The translations under genes were made by a program, and so were the position numbers. A stretch of 56,866 nucleotides of DNA, the filler included, from Sphacelaria rigidula (lineage: Eukaryota), in NCBI GenBank assembly GCA_964200075.2. It is 6 parts of 6 records of this genome, joined end to end, with 100 filler letters (N's around TTAATTAATTAA, not from the genome) between each part and the next. Parts side by side here need not be neighbours in the genome. Positions count along the whole stretch, not along the records: positions 1 to 9,396 come from CAXNAA020008597.1; positions 9,497 to 18,891 come from CAXNAA020008598.1; 4 more parts are not named here. One strand, given 5' to 3'. Under the pieces are notes generated by a model. That model had not been told where the DNA came from. It saw only the letters and a list, made by a program, of their open reading frames with translations, and ran no database searches. Shown piece by piece: positions 1 through 11,373 of this stretch. The number at the start of each line of letters is the position of its first letter. The stretch's first letter is position 1.

Positions 1-297
1 CCACGCGCCAAGCGCCGTGGTGTGTTCGGCGAGTCGCATGAAGGGTGAGCTGGATACTACTAGAATTGTTCGGCCCGAAGCCTCCTGACTATCTTGCATT
101 TGGATAACAGCCTACAATGAGTTGCTTCATTCTCTGGTATCGCCATTTCTAGAGGCAGCCACGGCTTATGCACTGCCTCATGGATGTCTCACCGTGTAAA
201 CACTACGTAGTACGATCATCCCCATTGTGCGGAGTTGAGGTTCTCCCACGCCGCACAACATGATCTAGCTCGACTACCATCATGGCTACCGCAAAAT
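1..297 (+). mobile_element. Repeat family A copy (contig start)
   Basis: Aligns by eye with 34065-34355. Confidence 0.85.
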
Positions 298-308
298 GAT
301 CTACGTGA

Positions 309-385
309 AGGGGGGGGCGTACTCATATCTTGCTTGACTTGGTCGGTTGACCGCTGATCACGCATCCCTTTCGATACGGAGAGAT
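309..385 (+). repeat. ~80-bp G-run-flanked dispersed repeat (family E)
   Basis: ggggggcgtactcat..ttgcttgccttagtcgtttgaccattgaccacgcatcccttcgagacg. Copies at ~4680-4765(-), 8120-8195(+), 33200-33285(+), 45975-46025(-), 51898-51975(-) and 55922-55992(-). Confidence 0.75.
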
Positions 386-1632
386 CTACGTGGGGGAAAG
401 GGGGAGAGAACAGCAGGATGCTGGCCCGAGAAGGGTACAGGATGGTGCGAGGTGGTACTGTTCTAACCCTTCGACTGCGGCGTGCTGCTTACGAATATTT
501 CACACCCTGAACAATACATATAGTCAATAGTTGCAGTAGAAAGAAAACATTCTGTGTTAACCATAGGCCTCTTGTATTGTCCACCGATCGACAATAGTTG
601 CAATAGGCCTATACTTTTTACGCAGCACTTTTCGTCTATTGCAACTCTTGACCGTATGTTGTCATTATTCAGGGTGTGGAATATCTGCTGTAGTGCTGCA
701 GGGGTGTTGGTACACATGCACCACAAACAAGTCGCACAATGTTCACAGCGAGCACGCATGGGACACCAATTGACACCCACACCTTCGCACTCAAAACGAA
801 CCGATTATCATCGGCATTCGTCTGCGAGAACAAGAGGGTGGTCAAAGGAGGGGACGGTATGCCACCGTTAGTGTATTGGGGAAAAGGCAGGTGGTACGGT
901 GAATAAACACGAAGATCATTAGTGTGGGGTGGTCAAGCCACTACTGTACGAATCCTCGAGAGATGAGGACCACTTCCTGACTCACCGCAGAAGCATATCT
1001 GGACACCAGCAAAGTTGCCCAAGAGACAGCTAGTAACCGACCGGCACGGCTCGGCCGTCTTCTTGAGGCGTGGACCTTTCCAGTAGGACATGACATCGTA
1101 TACACAAAAAATAACGGGCTCGACACCATCTACTGTAGCGTGATTCGGCACCTGCTCACAGCCTGCACACGGCACGGTGGGGAACAACAGACACGGACGC
1201 GTTGCCTCCGTTACACTACTGCGCGGTGACGGTAGCCTTTGATCGGGAAGCATTTCAAGGGCAGGTCGGGTAAGGTATACCCGATTTTTTGTTTTTTGGG
1301 GGGTAGAGTCGCACATCACATGCTCAAGTTAGTCACAATGACTTGTACGGGCTTTAGAGAGGGGAACAACAGCACTGGACTGGCTGCTGCTGCGGCCATG
1401 GGTCAGATTTCCACTTTTCACAATTACCACAATATCGGGTATACCTCCACCCTACCCGACTTGGCCTTGAAAGCATCCATCATCTTCGAGGGATCTTCCA
1501 ATCCTGAGATACTAACATACACGATCTACTGCTATGATAAATATATTTTTTTCTTTGATAATGACAACGACGTTTGATTTACGACGTCGGGGACAGGTAC
1601 AGTACAGTTGCGGCGAACAAATCGCCACAGTG

Positions 1633-1760
1633 ATCGATTGTTATTGATTGATTGTCGCACTTTAACTGACCCCCCCCAGGGGTCCAGCCATGGTCTCATG
1701 ATAGACGTACCCGAGGAAAACGAAACTGAAACACGCTCTGAGGAAAAGAAGGAACAGAAA
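1633..1760 (-). mobile_element. Retroposon 3' end with stem-loop and (CAAT)n tail (family T)
   Basis: Consensus ...gtttcagtttcgttttcctcgggtacgtctatcatgagaccatggctggacccctgggggtcagttaaagtgcgaCAATCAATCAAT. Other copies at about 2926-3060(-), 3912-3985(-), 20925-21060(-), 44165-44225(-), 22255-22405(+), 33555-33668(+), 36070-36190(+) and 51380-51506(+). Confidence 0.7.
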
Positions 1761-3312
1761 ATACAGTAGGGCAGTTAAACTCTCGTTCTGAGAAGAATCA
1801 GACCCACGACGTACTTCTTGCAGGTTAGCTGCGGCACTTCTGCTCCTTTTATCAACTCAGACGGAAATTCGAAGTGACTGGTACCTTCTTTCCTGTTACT
1901 TTCTCACTTCCAACCCCTCCCCTTCCCCGTGACGAGTCCGTCCGCGATCTCAAGGAATTAATCAAACTCATATCTCCCAAGGCACACGCCTAACATTTCG
2001 GTACACTATCGTGGATTGGATCATGACCAAAACTCTCGCACCGCGTCCACTCCCGTCGAACAAATTATATTTTGGCTACGAGCGTCTTCACGTCACCGAC
2101 AACGACAACCAGATACTTTTCGGCAAAACCCCCAAATACATCAGTCGGCATCCAAACCCCAGTTCTCTCTCTCGCCCAAACTAGATTCAGTTGTACATTT
2201 CCAATTTATGACACTGGGTCGTCGCGGCATTGAGTCTATTCTGTTTCCGGACGCTTTGGGCATCGGGTGCCACAGATGGCCCTTGACCGTTCCACCGCCA
2301 GCGCATGTCCTCTGCAACTGGACATCATTTTCGCTTGAAATGAACTCAAGACCCGCATGACCCACTGCGGCGGTCGAAGGGTAGAGTGGACCACTGGCAA
2401 AAAGGTGACAGAAACAAATGCCTTGATCTAACCCTTCGGTCCCCAGGGTGGGTTGGTCATCTGGATCTCACGGACATTCTTTCAGGTGTAAATATACCGT
2501 CGATTTTACAGGTAGCCTACCCTGGGCGTCAACGACCCTGCGCTACAAAGACATGCCTCAGCGGCTAACCCTTTTGGCACTGGGGATGGAAACGTGTAGA
2601 TCTCGATGTGCTGTGTTTTGGACGGGATATGGTTGATTATTCAACAGCTTTCACGCAAAGCTGTTCGCCCGAGGCGTGTTTTTCATAACGTCGAGAGTGA
2701 AAAGGTGAAAAAAAAAGGAAGGCTGCCTCTTTTCTTGACTGTGGCGTGGCATAACCAACCCTTCCACATGTGCTGAGGGGATTTCCATGCGGTCGGCCAT
2801 ACGACTGATTGTGTGTATGGCCCGGTACGCTTGCCAAGTGCTGAACAAGAAGCACCTCCGGAATGCAGCCCAGCAATGCGGTGCGTCACCCGTGCAAGAC
2901 TGCATCAATTTTAGTGCCGAACGTTGTTTGATTGATTGATTAATTGATCGTCGCACTTCAACTGACCACCCATGGGTCCAGCCGTGGTCGCATGATAGAC
3001 TTACCCAAGAGAAGCAGCCCTGAAACACTCGCTCAAGAAAAAGGAGCAGAAAAAATTCGAACAGAACGACACCTTTGACTAAGACGTTAAAAAAAAAAAG
3101 AAAAAAAAAAAAAATCAACAAAAAAAAAGCACAGAAAGAGATGGCCGACCTGAAAACATAAAAGAGGAGCAGGAAGAAAAAAAATATCTCACATGAAAAT
3201 TAGACCGACGGCGTAGATTTTTGCCTGTATAGAGTCAGGCACGCAAGTGCCAATTTTCGCCGGCCGCACAAAGTTGAACACTTGACCGGTTGCGTCCCCT
3301 CATTAGACAAAA

Positions 3313-3732
3313 CTAACCTAACCGCACCGGGGTGACATTCTCAGTGCGCGCGTGACGCATGGTGATGAATTCTTCTATGGCTTCCTGTGGCTTTCTGTCC
3401 TGAAAATAGTTGGCGTCGGTGTTTCTTGTTCCCACCTTTTCTTCTTTGCCAGGGCTTGAAATAATGAGGCGTCTGACCCGGGGACGGAAGGGGAGGGTCT
3501 CCAAAGGGTTAAGGACCCCGGGATACACAGGGTACTCTTTCATGAAGGCTGGAGCTCCCATGCAGAGTGAGCAGCTCAGCTTCAGCGTCGGGGGGGGGCT
3601 GCTAGCGTCGAAGGTCAACCGATCATACTGTTCCGAAAAATGGCCTGGCGCTGAAATGGTCAGCCTGTTTACAGGCCCTGGGACTGTGTCCAAAGATTTT
3701 CCCCGTTGACAGTCCAGCAATACTTTCACACC
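3313..3732 (-). CDS. Possible coding exon of an unidentified minus-strand gene
   Basis: A 138-codon non-repetitive open frame is preceded by an acceptor-like ...ccatccattgcctAG. No recognisable motif. Confidence 0.2.
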   Translation of the reverse strand, partial: GVKVLLDCQRGKSLDTVPGPVNRLTISAPGHFSEQYDRLTFDASSPPPTLKLSCSLCMGAPAFMKEYPVYPGVLNPLETLPFRPRVRRLIISSPGKEEKVGTRNTDANYFQDRKPQEAIEEFITMRHARTENVTPVRLG

Positions 3733-4829
3733 CTAGGCAATGGATGGCAGTGGCAAAAAGTGTGCTGCGTACAGGATCGGAAATTGTGTGCTCCGGAGTA
3801 TATTACAGAGTACGACACAGAGTAGATCCTACACTTTACGCAGTACACTTTTCGTCAATGAAATCTTTTGTCCAGAGTGTGGAGCTTTCGGAAGATGGTT
3901 TTCGTTTTGGTTTGATTGATTGATTGATTGATTGTCGCACTTCAACTGACCCCCCAGGGGTCCAGCCGTGGTGTCATGATAAATGTTTGTAGGTGTACAT
4001 TCGACGCCCGAAGGACATGCACGCTTGGTAGAGGTGATGCGAAAGAAGTTCTACACAATAGGCGAGCAGCAGTTTTTTCTCGTGGTTGAGCGAGGGAGGT
4101 GCACCAATTTATCTTTTGACCTCCGTGAATCATTCAGCTGTGAGTGTAGTCGGGCTTCTTGGTGTCGGCGCTCCAACGGTTGCTGTACCCCCGCCACACC
4201 GTCGCTATACCCACGACGGTTACGGTCGAAGCGTTCAACAGCGGAGACCCGAATGATAGAGCGGCGAAGTTGCTGGTAGCAGGGGTTCGTGAACGGGGAC
4301 CGCTCACTGCTGCTGCCGCTGATCCACGCGCGTTGCTTGCACGCGTGTTAACTTGTACCCGCCCTCCTCATATTGCTGTGGGGGGTCGGCAAGAATGTTT
4401 CCGCAAAACTTTAAAGCACACAAACACGCCACAACGAAACCACACCCTTCCGCCGGCAGCGCCTATTACAGCACGTACATTTCGCCACCGGATACGCCAC
4501 GCTATTTTGCTGCTGAAGCAACAGATGCGACACATTCGTGTACAGCTATCCACGCCATAATTTTACTGTTGCCATGAGACGACAGAGCACTGCTTTCTGC
4601 TGATCGTGGCGTATGCTTTTACGCGGTCGCGGCCTTTCCGATGGAGGCGTTGCCTCTCCACTAGAAAGAAATATTCCAACCCCCCCCTGCTCCGTCTCGA
4701 AAGGGATGCGTAGTCAATGGTCAGACGACTAAGGCAAGCAACACATGAGAACGCCCCCCCCTCCAAGCGGCGCAAGGATGTACGCTACCATTCACTGTAT
4801 TCATGGTACTCATCACTGATATAACAGGA

Positions 4830-4925
4830 GCAGATAAGGTATCGGGATTGATGTTCGCGGGTGATTTCGTGGGGATATCAGAAACACCAGACGGATTGCA
4901 GGAATGAATACAGAAGGCGCTACGA
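4830..4925 (+). mobile_element. LINE reverse-transcriptase fragment (decayed)
   Basis: Translates VSGLMFAGDFVGISETPDGLQE*IQKAL, a degraded FADD motif. Homologous to 47086-47310. Confidence 0.75.
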
Positions 4926-6259
4926 GCTGGTCCAGCCGTAAAACGTGCAACCCCCGGGCACACAACAACCTCTTCAGTTTCCCGGATCCCAATGTCATCA
5001 TGTCGCTGTGAACTGCGGACCAAGGCGGTGATGCCACGCTCCGCCGCTGTTTGATTGGCACAGTTTTGGCGATTGCGGCATTGTACTGCATCGAATACCG
5101 GGGGCGCCTCATTTTGTGGCATGATTGCGCGTTTTGAGTACTGTTTTCTTGGTATTAAACGCAACGAAAATTGAACGGTTCGGATGAATCATCGCCGGTT
5201 CGAATAACCAAATCCACGATTTGTCAGGCCTGACTGCTCGAAAGAGAGAAGAAAAGTTGACCGATGGTCAAAAAGGCTCCCACGCAACTTTTGCGCCATT
5301 CCGCGTGCCTGGGCTGCGCGTACCTGGGTTGCAACGCTGGAAACAAAGCCCAACGATTGATTCGTGCGGTACGAATCAATCTCACTAAAATCAATTAATT
5401 TCCGAACGAATCATTCATTCGTCAGACCCGTGGAAAGTTACGTACAGCAGACGTCCCTGTATAGTGCGGGTATGGGGGCATGCGGCTTGGTGCGGGTGCC
5501 GGCTCAGGGCATAAATTGACTTCAACGGTACAGGAGAGAGGTCATGACTGCGCCAACAGTCAGGAAGTGGTACATGCATGCGGTTAACTTCGATAGTTGT
5601 CGTGAAACAATCGAACGATGTGGAGGATGTGGTGGGGGGTGCACAAGCCTGTTTGAAAATCTTCCTTCGTCCTCACAGCCAACTGAGCAAGACGAGCACG
5701 ACAAACCGACACTCAGAAGCAAGCCGTGTGAACCCGTAGCTGGTGAGCTTGCCCCCCCTCACAAGCCCCTGCTGCCCAAGCGGCAGCTTGTGGCGTCGAG
5801 AGCTGAGGAAGGGAGCGCGGTCTCGGCTGGCTTCTGTGTTTTTAACGTGTAGACTCGAAAAATTCGTCCCGGAACCCTGTTGATGATCATGGCAAATACA
5901 CGTATTCGTTCAGCGCCCGAACGGCCTACCAGCGGCCACCCACGCTAAAACTGAGGTCATTTTCCAAACACTGACTGGATTCCAAGAGATCTGATCCTCG
6001 GAGCAGAAGGCCACGGGTGCTCCCAGGATCAAATGTTGAATACTGTATCATTCTACTGTACTCGCCGGCCACTGACCTTTTTGAAATGTCAATGACGCTA
6101 GTTCCTCGCAGCGGCCTGTGATAGGGTTTCGTCTGCAGTAAGTTTCACGTGAACAAGACCACTTTAATTTCGGCACTGCGTACACAGTGGGGTCGATCGT
6201 GATATGAAATTGTGCCAGGTGTACGTACGTGCGTGGTGTGTGAAGTCCCTGCGGTTCGG

Positions 6260-6975
6260 TACAGCGTAGCGCACTACAGTGCACCGCAGAGCACCGCAGT
6301 GTAAAGTACAGTACGGTGACGGTCCCCTCACGGTGCACTACAGTGCATCATAGTGTCAGGTACTACAGCTCGGAAATGTTTTGTCTGACCATTAACCAGT
6401 TGAATGGTTACGCGTAGCGCACTCATTAACCAGTTAAATTGTACATAATGGTTTGGTCATCGAGCGGCGTAGCCGCAAGCCAAAAAGCTCCCCTCTGCCG
6501 AGGGGCCCCCGCCGGAGGCGCCCCCGGAGGGTCCCGCTGGAGGCGCCATGCGGGAGGCACGTTTTCACGTGATTTGGCTTCACCAGAGCTAAAGAAAACG
6601 TTAAATTTGGGCCAATTTCAAGAAGCTGTATGTAGTATACGTAGCCGGTAACGGCTTGTAAAGCCGGTAGCGGTAAATGATGGTTTGAAACCATTATCCC
6701 AAATTTTCAAACAACCATTACCATTATTACCATAATAATGATAATGGCCAGGTATAACTGGTACCATTTCCGAGCTCCATCAAGTACAGTATGGTGAGGG
6801 TCCCTCCACTGTGCACCACAGTGCACCGTAGTGTAAAGTAAAGTGCGGTAAACGTCCCTCCACAATGCACCACAGTTCACTATAGTGTAAAGTACGGTAC
6901 AGTAAGGGTCTCGCCACAGTGGACCGCAGCACACCATAGTGTAAAGTACAGCACGATGGGGGTGCCACCACAGCG
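6260..6975. repeat. 54-bp minisatellite (interrupted at 6367-6776)
   Basis: tagtgtaaagta recurs at 6829, 6883 and 6937 (period 54). Related units occur at 6260-6358. Confidence 0.8.
6367..6776. mobile_element. MITE with 12-bp perfect TIR inserted in a 54-bp tandem array
   Basis: AGCTCGGAAATG at 6367-6378 and CATTTCCGAGCT at 6765-6776. The same 54-bp repeat unit lies on both flanks. Confidence 0.65.
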
Positions 6976-8552
6976 CCGTCAAAATCGTCACAAGTTCGAC
7001 CCGCCGTGCTGGCATTAATAAAGTGTACTATACAAGTACAGGTATGGTGCGAAGTGTCAACATGTAGCGGTCATGTCGAGCTGGCTACCCACCGAACTAT
7101 GCTGGAATTCCCGCTGTACGGCATAGTACGCTACACACATAGACGTGGCGACACGACGGCAAGCGCCAATCAGACCTTCGCCGCAAAATCGAGAGGTTTC
7201 TGCGTCGGGAACTGCCAAGTGGAGAGCCAACACCGCTGACACAACAACAGTAACAGCTCGCGAGGAACTAGGCACTGCATTACATCACTTGCGGCTCCGG
7301 AGCTCCGGCCGCGGCGGGCTAAGGAGTACCGCTGCTGCGCACACGGAAGATGCGACGTCGAATACCAAACACAGCGACTTCTCGCTCCTCTTGACTCACT
7401 TTGAATCGGCGCCGGCGCACTCGGAACGCCCGACAACGGTGCGCGAGGCACTCCTGAATGACGGCCTCACGAGCACGGGACGGTCGAGGCGGGGGGCGCG
7501 TGATGGGCGTCACGAAGAGCACACGAGCCTGCCGCGGGCTGAAAGGCGGCAATCTTCAGCTGTGCGTCCGAGGGTTATTTCCGCACCAGTCCGTGGAAAC
7601 GGTAGACGGCCGTAATGTGGCGAGGCCGAATGTGGATCGCCATCTGGAACGGTTTATCGTCGCTTGATGAAGTGCATGTCGCTCGGAGGTTAGTGCTGTG
7701 GTGATCCGCAGTTGGTGGCTCTCGGATCGTATTGATTCTGCATAAACACCTTCCCGCCAAATGGCGATCCCTTGTGCTGCTGACTACTGCTGTCTGGGGG
7801 TACTCTGGATCGTACATGGCGTGGTCACAAGACTTTACAGCACATTCCCACGAAGCCGAGACGGCGCACGCCGGGTGTTCGCCGGACCAGGCTCGCAATC
7901 AATCACAAAGCGCAAAGCACCGTATTGTATTCGGCGAGTCGCATAAAGGGTGAGCCGCATTCTAAGATTATTCGGCCCGATAATTATCTTGCGTATGGAT
8001 GATAGCCTCGAATGCGTTGGATCATTTTCTGGTACCGCCACTTCCAGAGAGAGTCACCGGTTACACACGACCTCATGGGTGTCTCACCATTCACATACTG
8101 CGTAGTTCCTGTCTAGGCGGGGGGCGGGGGGTGGGCGTACGTTGCTTGCCTTAATCGTTTGGCCATCGACCACGCATCCCTTCCGAGACGAAGCACCCTT
8201 CCTACTCTTAAACCTTTTGGAACTCACAATGGAAAATTGATCATTTGCAATTGACGGTTTTTGAGCAAGATGTGGTTGATCTTTTACAGCTCAGACGCAA
8301 CAACATTCACCAAGTGCGTATTTTTCAGACACGTGCGAGTGACAAGTGGAACAAAACAAGGTTTCCTATTCACCGATGTGCCGTATCAGACCCTGGAACC
8401 CATTGCTGTTCCTTCGATGGAATGTTTCGTAGTGTTTTTGCTGGTTATTGTCGATGGATACAATTGGACACACTTCATCCGTTGCGTGGTATGATCGGAC
8501 AAACTTCACCCGACCTCTCCAGGGAGGACATTTTTCCTGCACCCGCTGCGCG

Positions 8553-9076
8553 TACTACTGAGATCGAGTAGAGTATGTACTGTTGAGTACTCGAGTAAAA
8601 TACTAGAGTACTTACTCTACTCGACGTAGGTCGAGTACGGCCTAAAGTACTCTACTCAAATTTTGAGTAGTTCGAGTACAGCCTCAAATACTCTACTCAA
8701 ATTTTGAGTAGGTCGAGTACGACCTTAAATACTCTAATCAATTATTGAGTGAGCACTCTCAGTAATACTTGAGTACGGAGTATCACTTGAGTATGACCTC
8801 AATACTCTACTCAAATCTTGAGTACGTCGAGTAAGGCCTCAAATACTCTACTCAAAATATGAGTACGTTGAGTATGGTCTCAAATACTCTACTAATTTTT
8901 TTAGTAAGTACTCTCAGTAATACTTGAGTACGGAGTATCACTTGAGTATGACCTCAATACTCTATTCAAATTTTGAGTACGTCGAGTACGGCCTCAAATA
9001 CTCTACTCAAATTTTGAGTAGGTTGAGTACGACCTCAATACTCTACTCACTATTGAGTAAGTACTCTCAGTAATAC
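8553..9076. repeat. Palindrome-rich tandem array (~36-bp subunits, ~154-bp higher-order unit)
   Basis: tactcaaattttgagta / gagtacgacctcaaatactc repeats throughout. ctctcagtaatact occurs at 8756, 8911 and 9064. Confidence 0.85.
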
Positions 9077-9396
9077 TGGCGTATAGAATACTCCTTGGGG
9101 TATGGTGCGCATCTCTGGCAGTCGGTGACTTCGTGACGTCACTTCACCAACTATGATGACTACATGGGCGAACGATGGCCATAAAAAATCAAAAACACGC
9201 GAAGGGCCCTCCGACAATAACGCAACATTCATTCTACCCTATTTTTGTACCATTTGGTTCTGATCCAAATGTTTGCTGAAGTTTAACCTCGAATCAGCAC
9301 TCATCATGGGTGGCAACTTTAGGAATATGTGGTGAGCCAACCACTCGGAGGCTTTATGGTTTTGTGTTGAACCAGTTCTACGGGTCAAAGTAGTAT

Positions 9397-9496
9397 NNNN
9401 NNNNNNNNNNNNNNNNNNNNNNNNNNNNNNNNNNNNNNNNTTAATTAATTAANNNNNNNNNNNNNNNNNNNNNNNNNNNNNNNNNNNNNNNNNNNN
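9397..9496. other. Artificial contig linker (N44-TTAATTAATTAA-N44)
   Basis: An identical 100-bp linker with stops in all six frames recurs at 18892, 28386, 37880 and 47374. Confidence 0.98.
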
Positions 9497-10088
9497 GGTG
9501 GTTTATTGTTTTGTGTGATACGGGCAAGCAAAAAAGAACCCCCCCCCCCCCCCCCCTCCCATTCGAAGCCACGAAACGAGGTCACGGTCTGAGGGGGTGA
9601 ACTCGCCCCTCTCGTGACATTTCCCTTGCGCTTGATGTTAATTTTTGGTCTACACTCCCGCGGCCCGTCGACTGTTTCGGGGTCATCGTCCATCTCGTGT
9701 GATTATGCTCTTGTTGTGTTTGTGTGTATCTGTGTTTCTAATCATTTGTTGTTCTTACCGGCCAGCTGACAATGAATGCGATGCAGGCGTCGGTCGGTGG
9801 CGAGGGCTGATCGTCTCTTGTTCAATTTTTTTTCTTCATTTGTTGTCACTCTTTTTTTCTCATCACTTTCTCTCCCCCCTCCTTTTTTTTCTCTTCCCCT
9901 CGTTGTTATCCATTCAATCGTTTATGTTTCTTTTCTTTCAAACTATCTGTTTATTTGTTTGTTTCTGTCTTATACCAGTTGAACTGATTTTCATGTCGAC
10001 GACTTTTCTTTCGCTTCGTCTTCCCCCCTTTTTTTATTCTCATGTCTCATTATCGCAACTTTGCATGTGCCCTTCTCTTCTCGTCCAG

Positions 10089-11337
10089 GCTAGCGTACAA
10101 GTCTTTCGAGAAGGCGCTGAAGATGTCCTTCGAGGATAAGCGCTTCGGCATCGGCCAAAACAGGGAGGAGTTCGAGGACCCCTTTAAGGGTTCCATTGGT
10201 ACTGGAGCCAACCGAACAGCCATGTAAGGGGGATGGGCGGCTTTTGCAGCTGTACTGTCGTTCATGCGGTATAAATGATAACCATCTTATAATTTCGAAT
10301 ATCGGAGGAGAAGCGTCGTAACAAACCAACCGTGCGGTGAAGAAACAAAATCACGATCTGATGGCTCGTAATTCATGTCGACGTCAATAATGCTGAATGA
10401 AATGATCACGGGTCAGATCGGAAGTTTGCTTTTTTTTCCCACCACACGTTTTCTATCGAAAAATAGCCTTTGCTCAGATACACCCTGAGAGAGAGAGAGA
10501 GAGAGGGAGAGAGGGAGAAAAAAGGCAAAGCAACGGAGTTTTGGTATGACAGTTGATGCTACGTACCTTGTTGGAGACTAGTGAGTACTCGTAGCAACGG
10601 CTGGCGTAACTTAACTTTTCAATGCGGGCATGGCGTGTTGTGTTCGCTGTCCTGGTCGTGCTTGATGTTTGGTGCTGGTGCTCCGTAGTGACATCATCCA
10701 AACCCTGGACAGTGTGTTATCAATATTTCAAGGGTCGGACGAATTAATGGTTTGTCTGGGAATCACTTGATCATAGTGTGATTGATGCGTGACGTACGAA
10801 TAAATCCTTGGGCTTTGTTGACAGCGTTGCACCCAAGGTACGCGCACCCCGGGCACGCGGAATGGCGCAAACATTGCGTGGATACTTTTTCGCCAGCGTT
10901 CGACTTTTATCTCTCCTTCGAGCAATCAGGCCTGAAAAATCGTGGATGTTGGTGATTCGGATCGGCGATGATCAGTCCGAACCGTTCAATGGTTGATACA
11001 GACAGAAAATGTACTGTGTGGAGTGTAGGATAACATAGTGCAAATATTGTCGAGCTGACAAAAGCTACCATGGGCCCGTACTTTATCTGACGATATTTGT
11101 AATAGGCCTATACTCCACGCAGTACATTTTTGCCTATTGCAACTATTGACCAAATTTTGTCCATCACGTGGTGGCATCATGACCGGAAATGGCCGCGGTT
11201 GAGGCAACGTCATTTTACTTGACGCGGACACTAACGGGACCCCATTTGCAGCATTCGCTTGCCGTCCATGCTGCGCCCGTTTATGGGTCCCCACCTTTGC
11301 TTGTTATTCTGCCGTCTTATTTCGCTTGCTTTTGTTG

Positions 11338-11373
<36 letters not shown>

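Noticed and set aside
7145..7615. GC-rich 156-codon ORF
   Set aside because: It is open in several frames because of GC content, with no motif and no confident splice boundaries. It cannot be supported as a CDS, although an exon is not excluded.
8553..9076. CRISPR-like palindromic repeats
   Set aside because: The units are contiguous with a higher-order period and no unique spacers.
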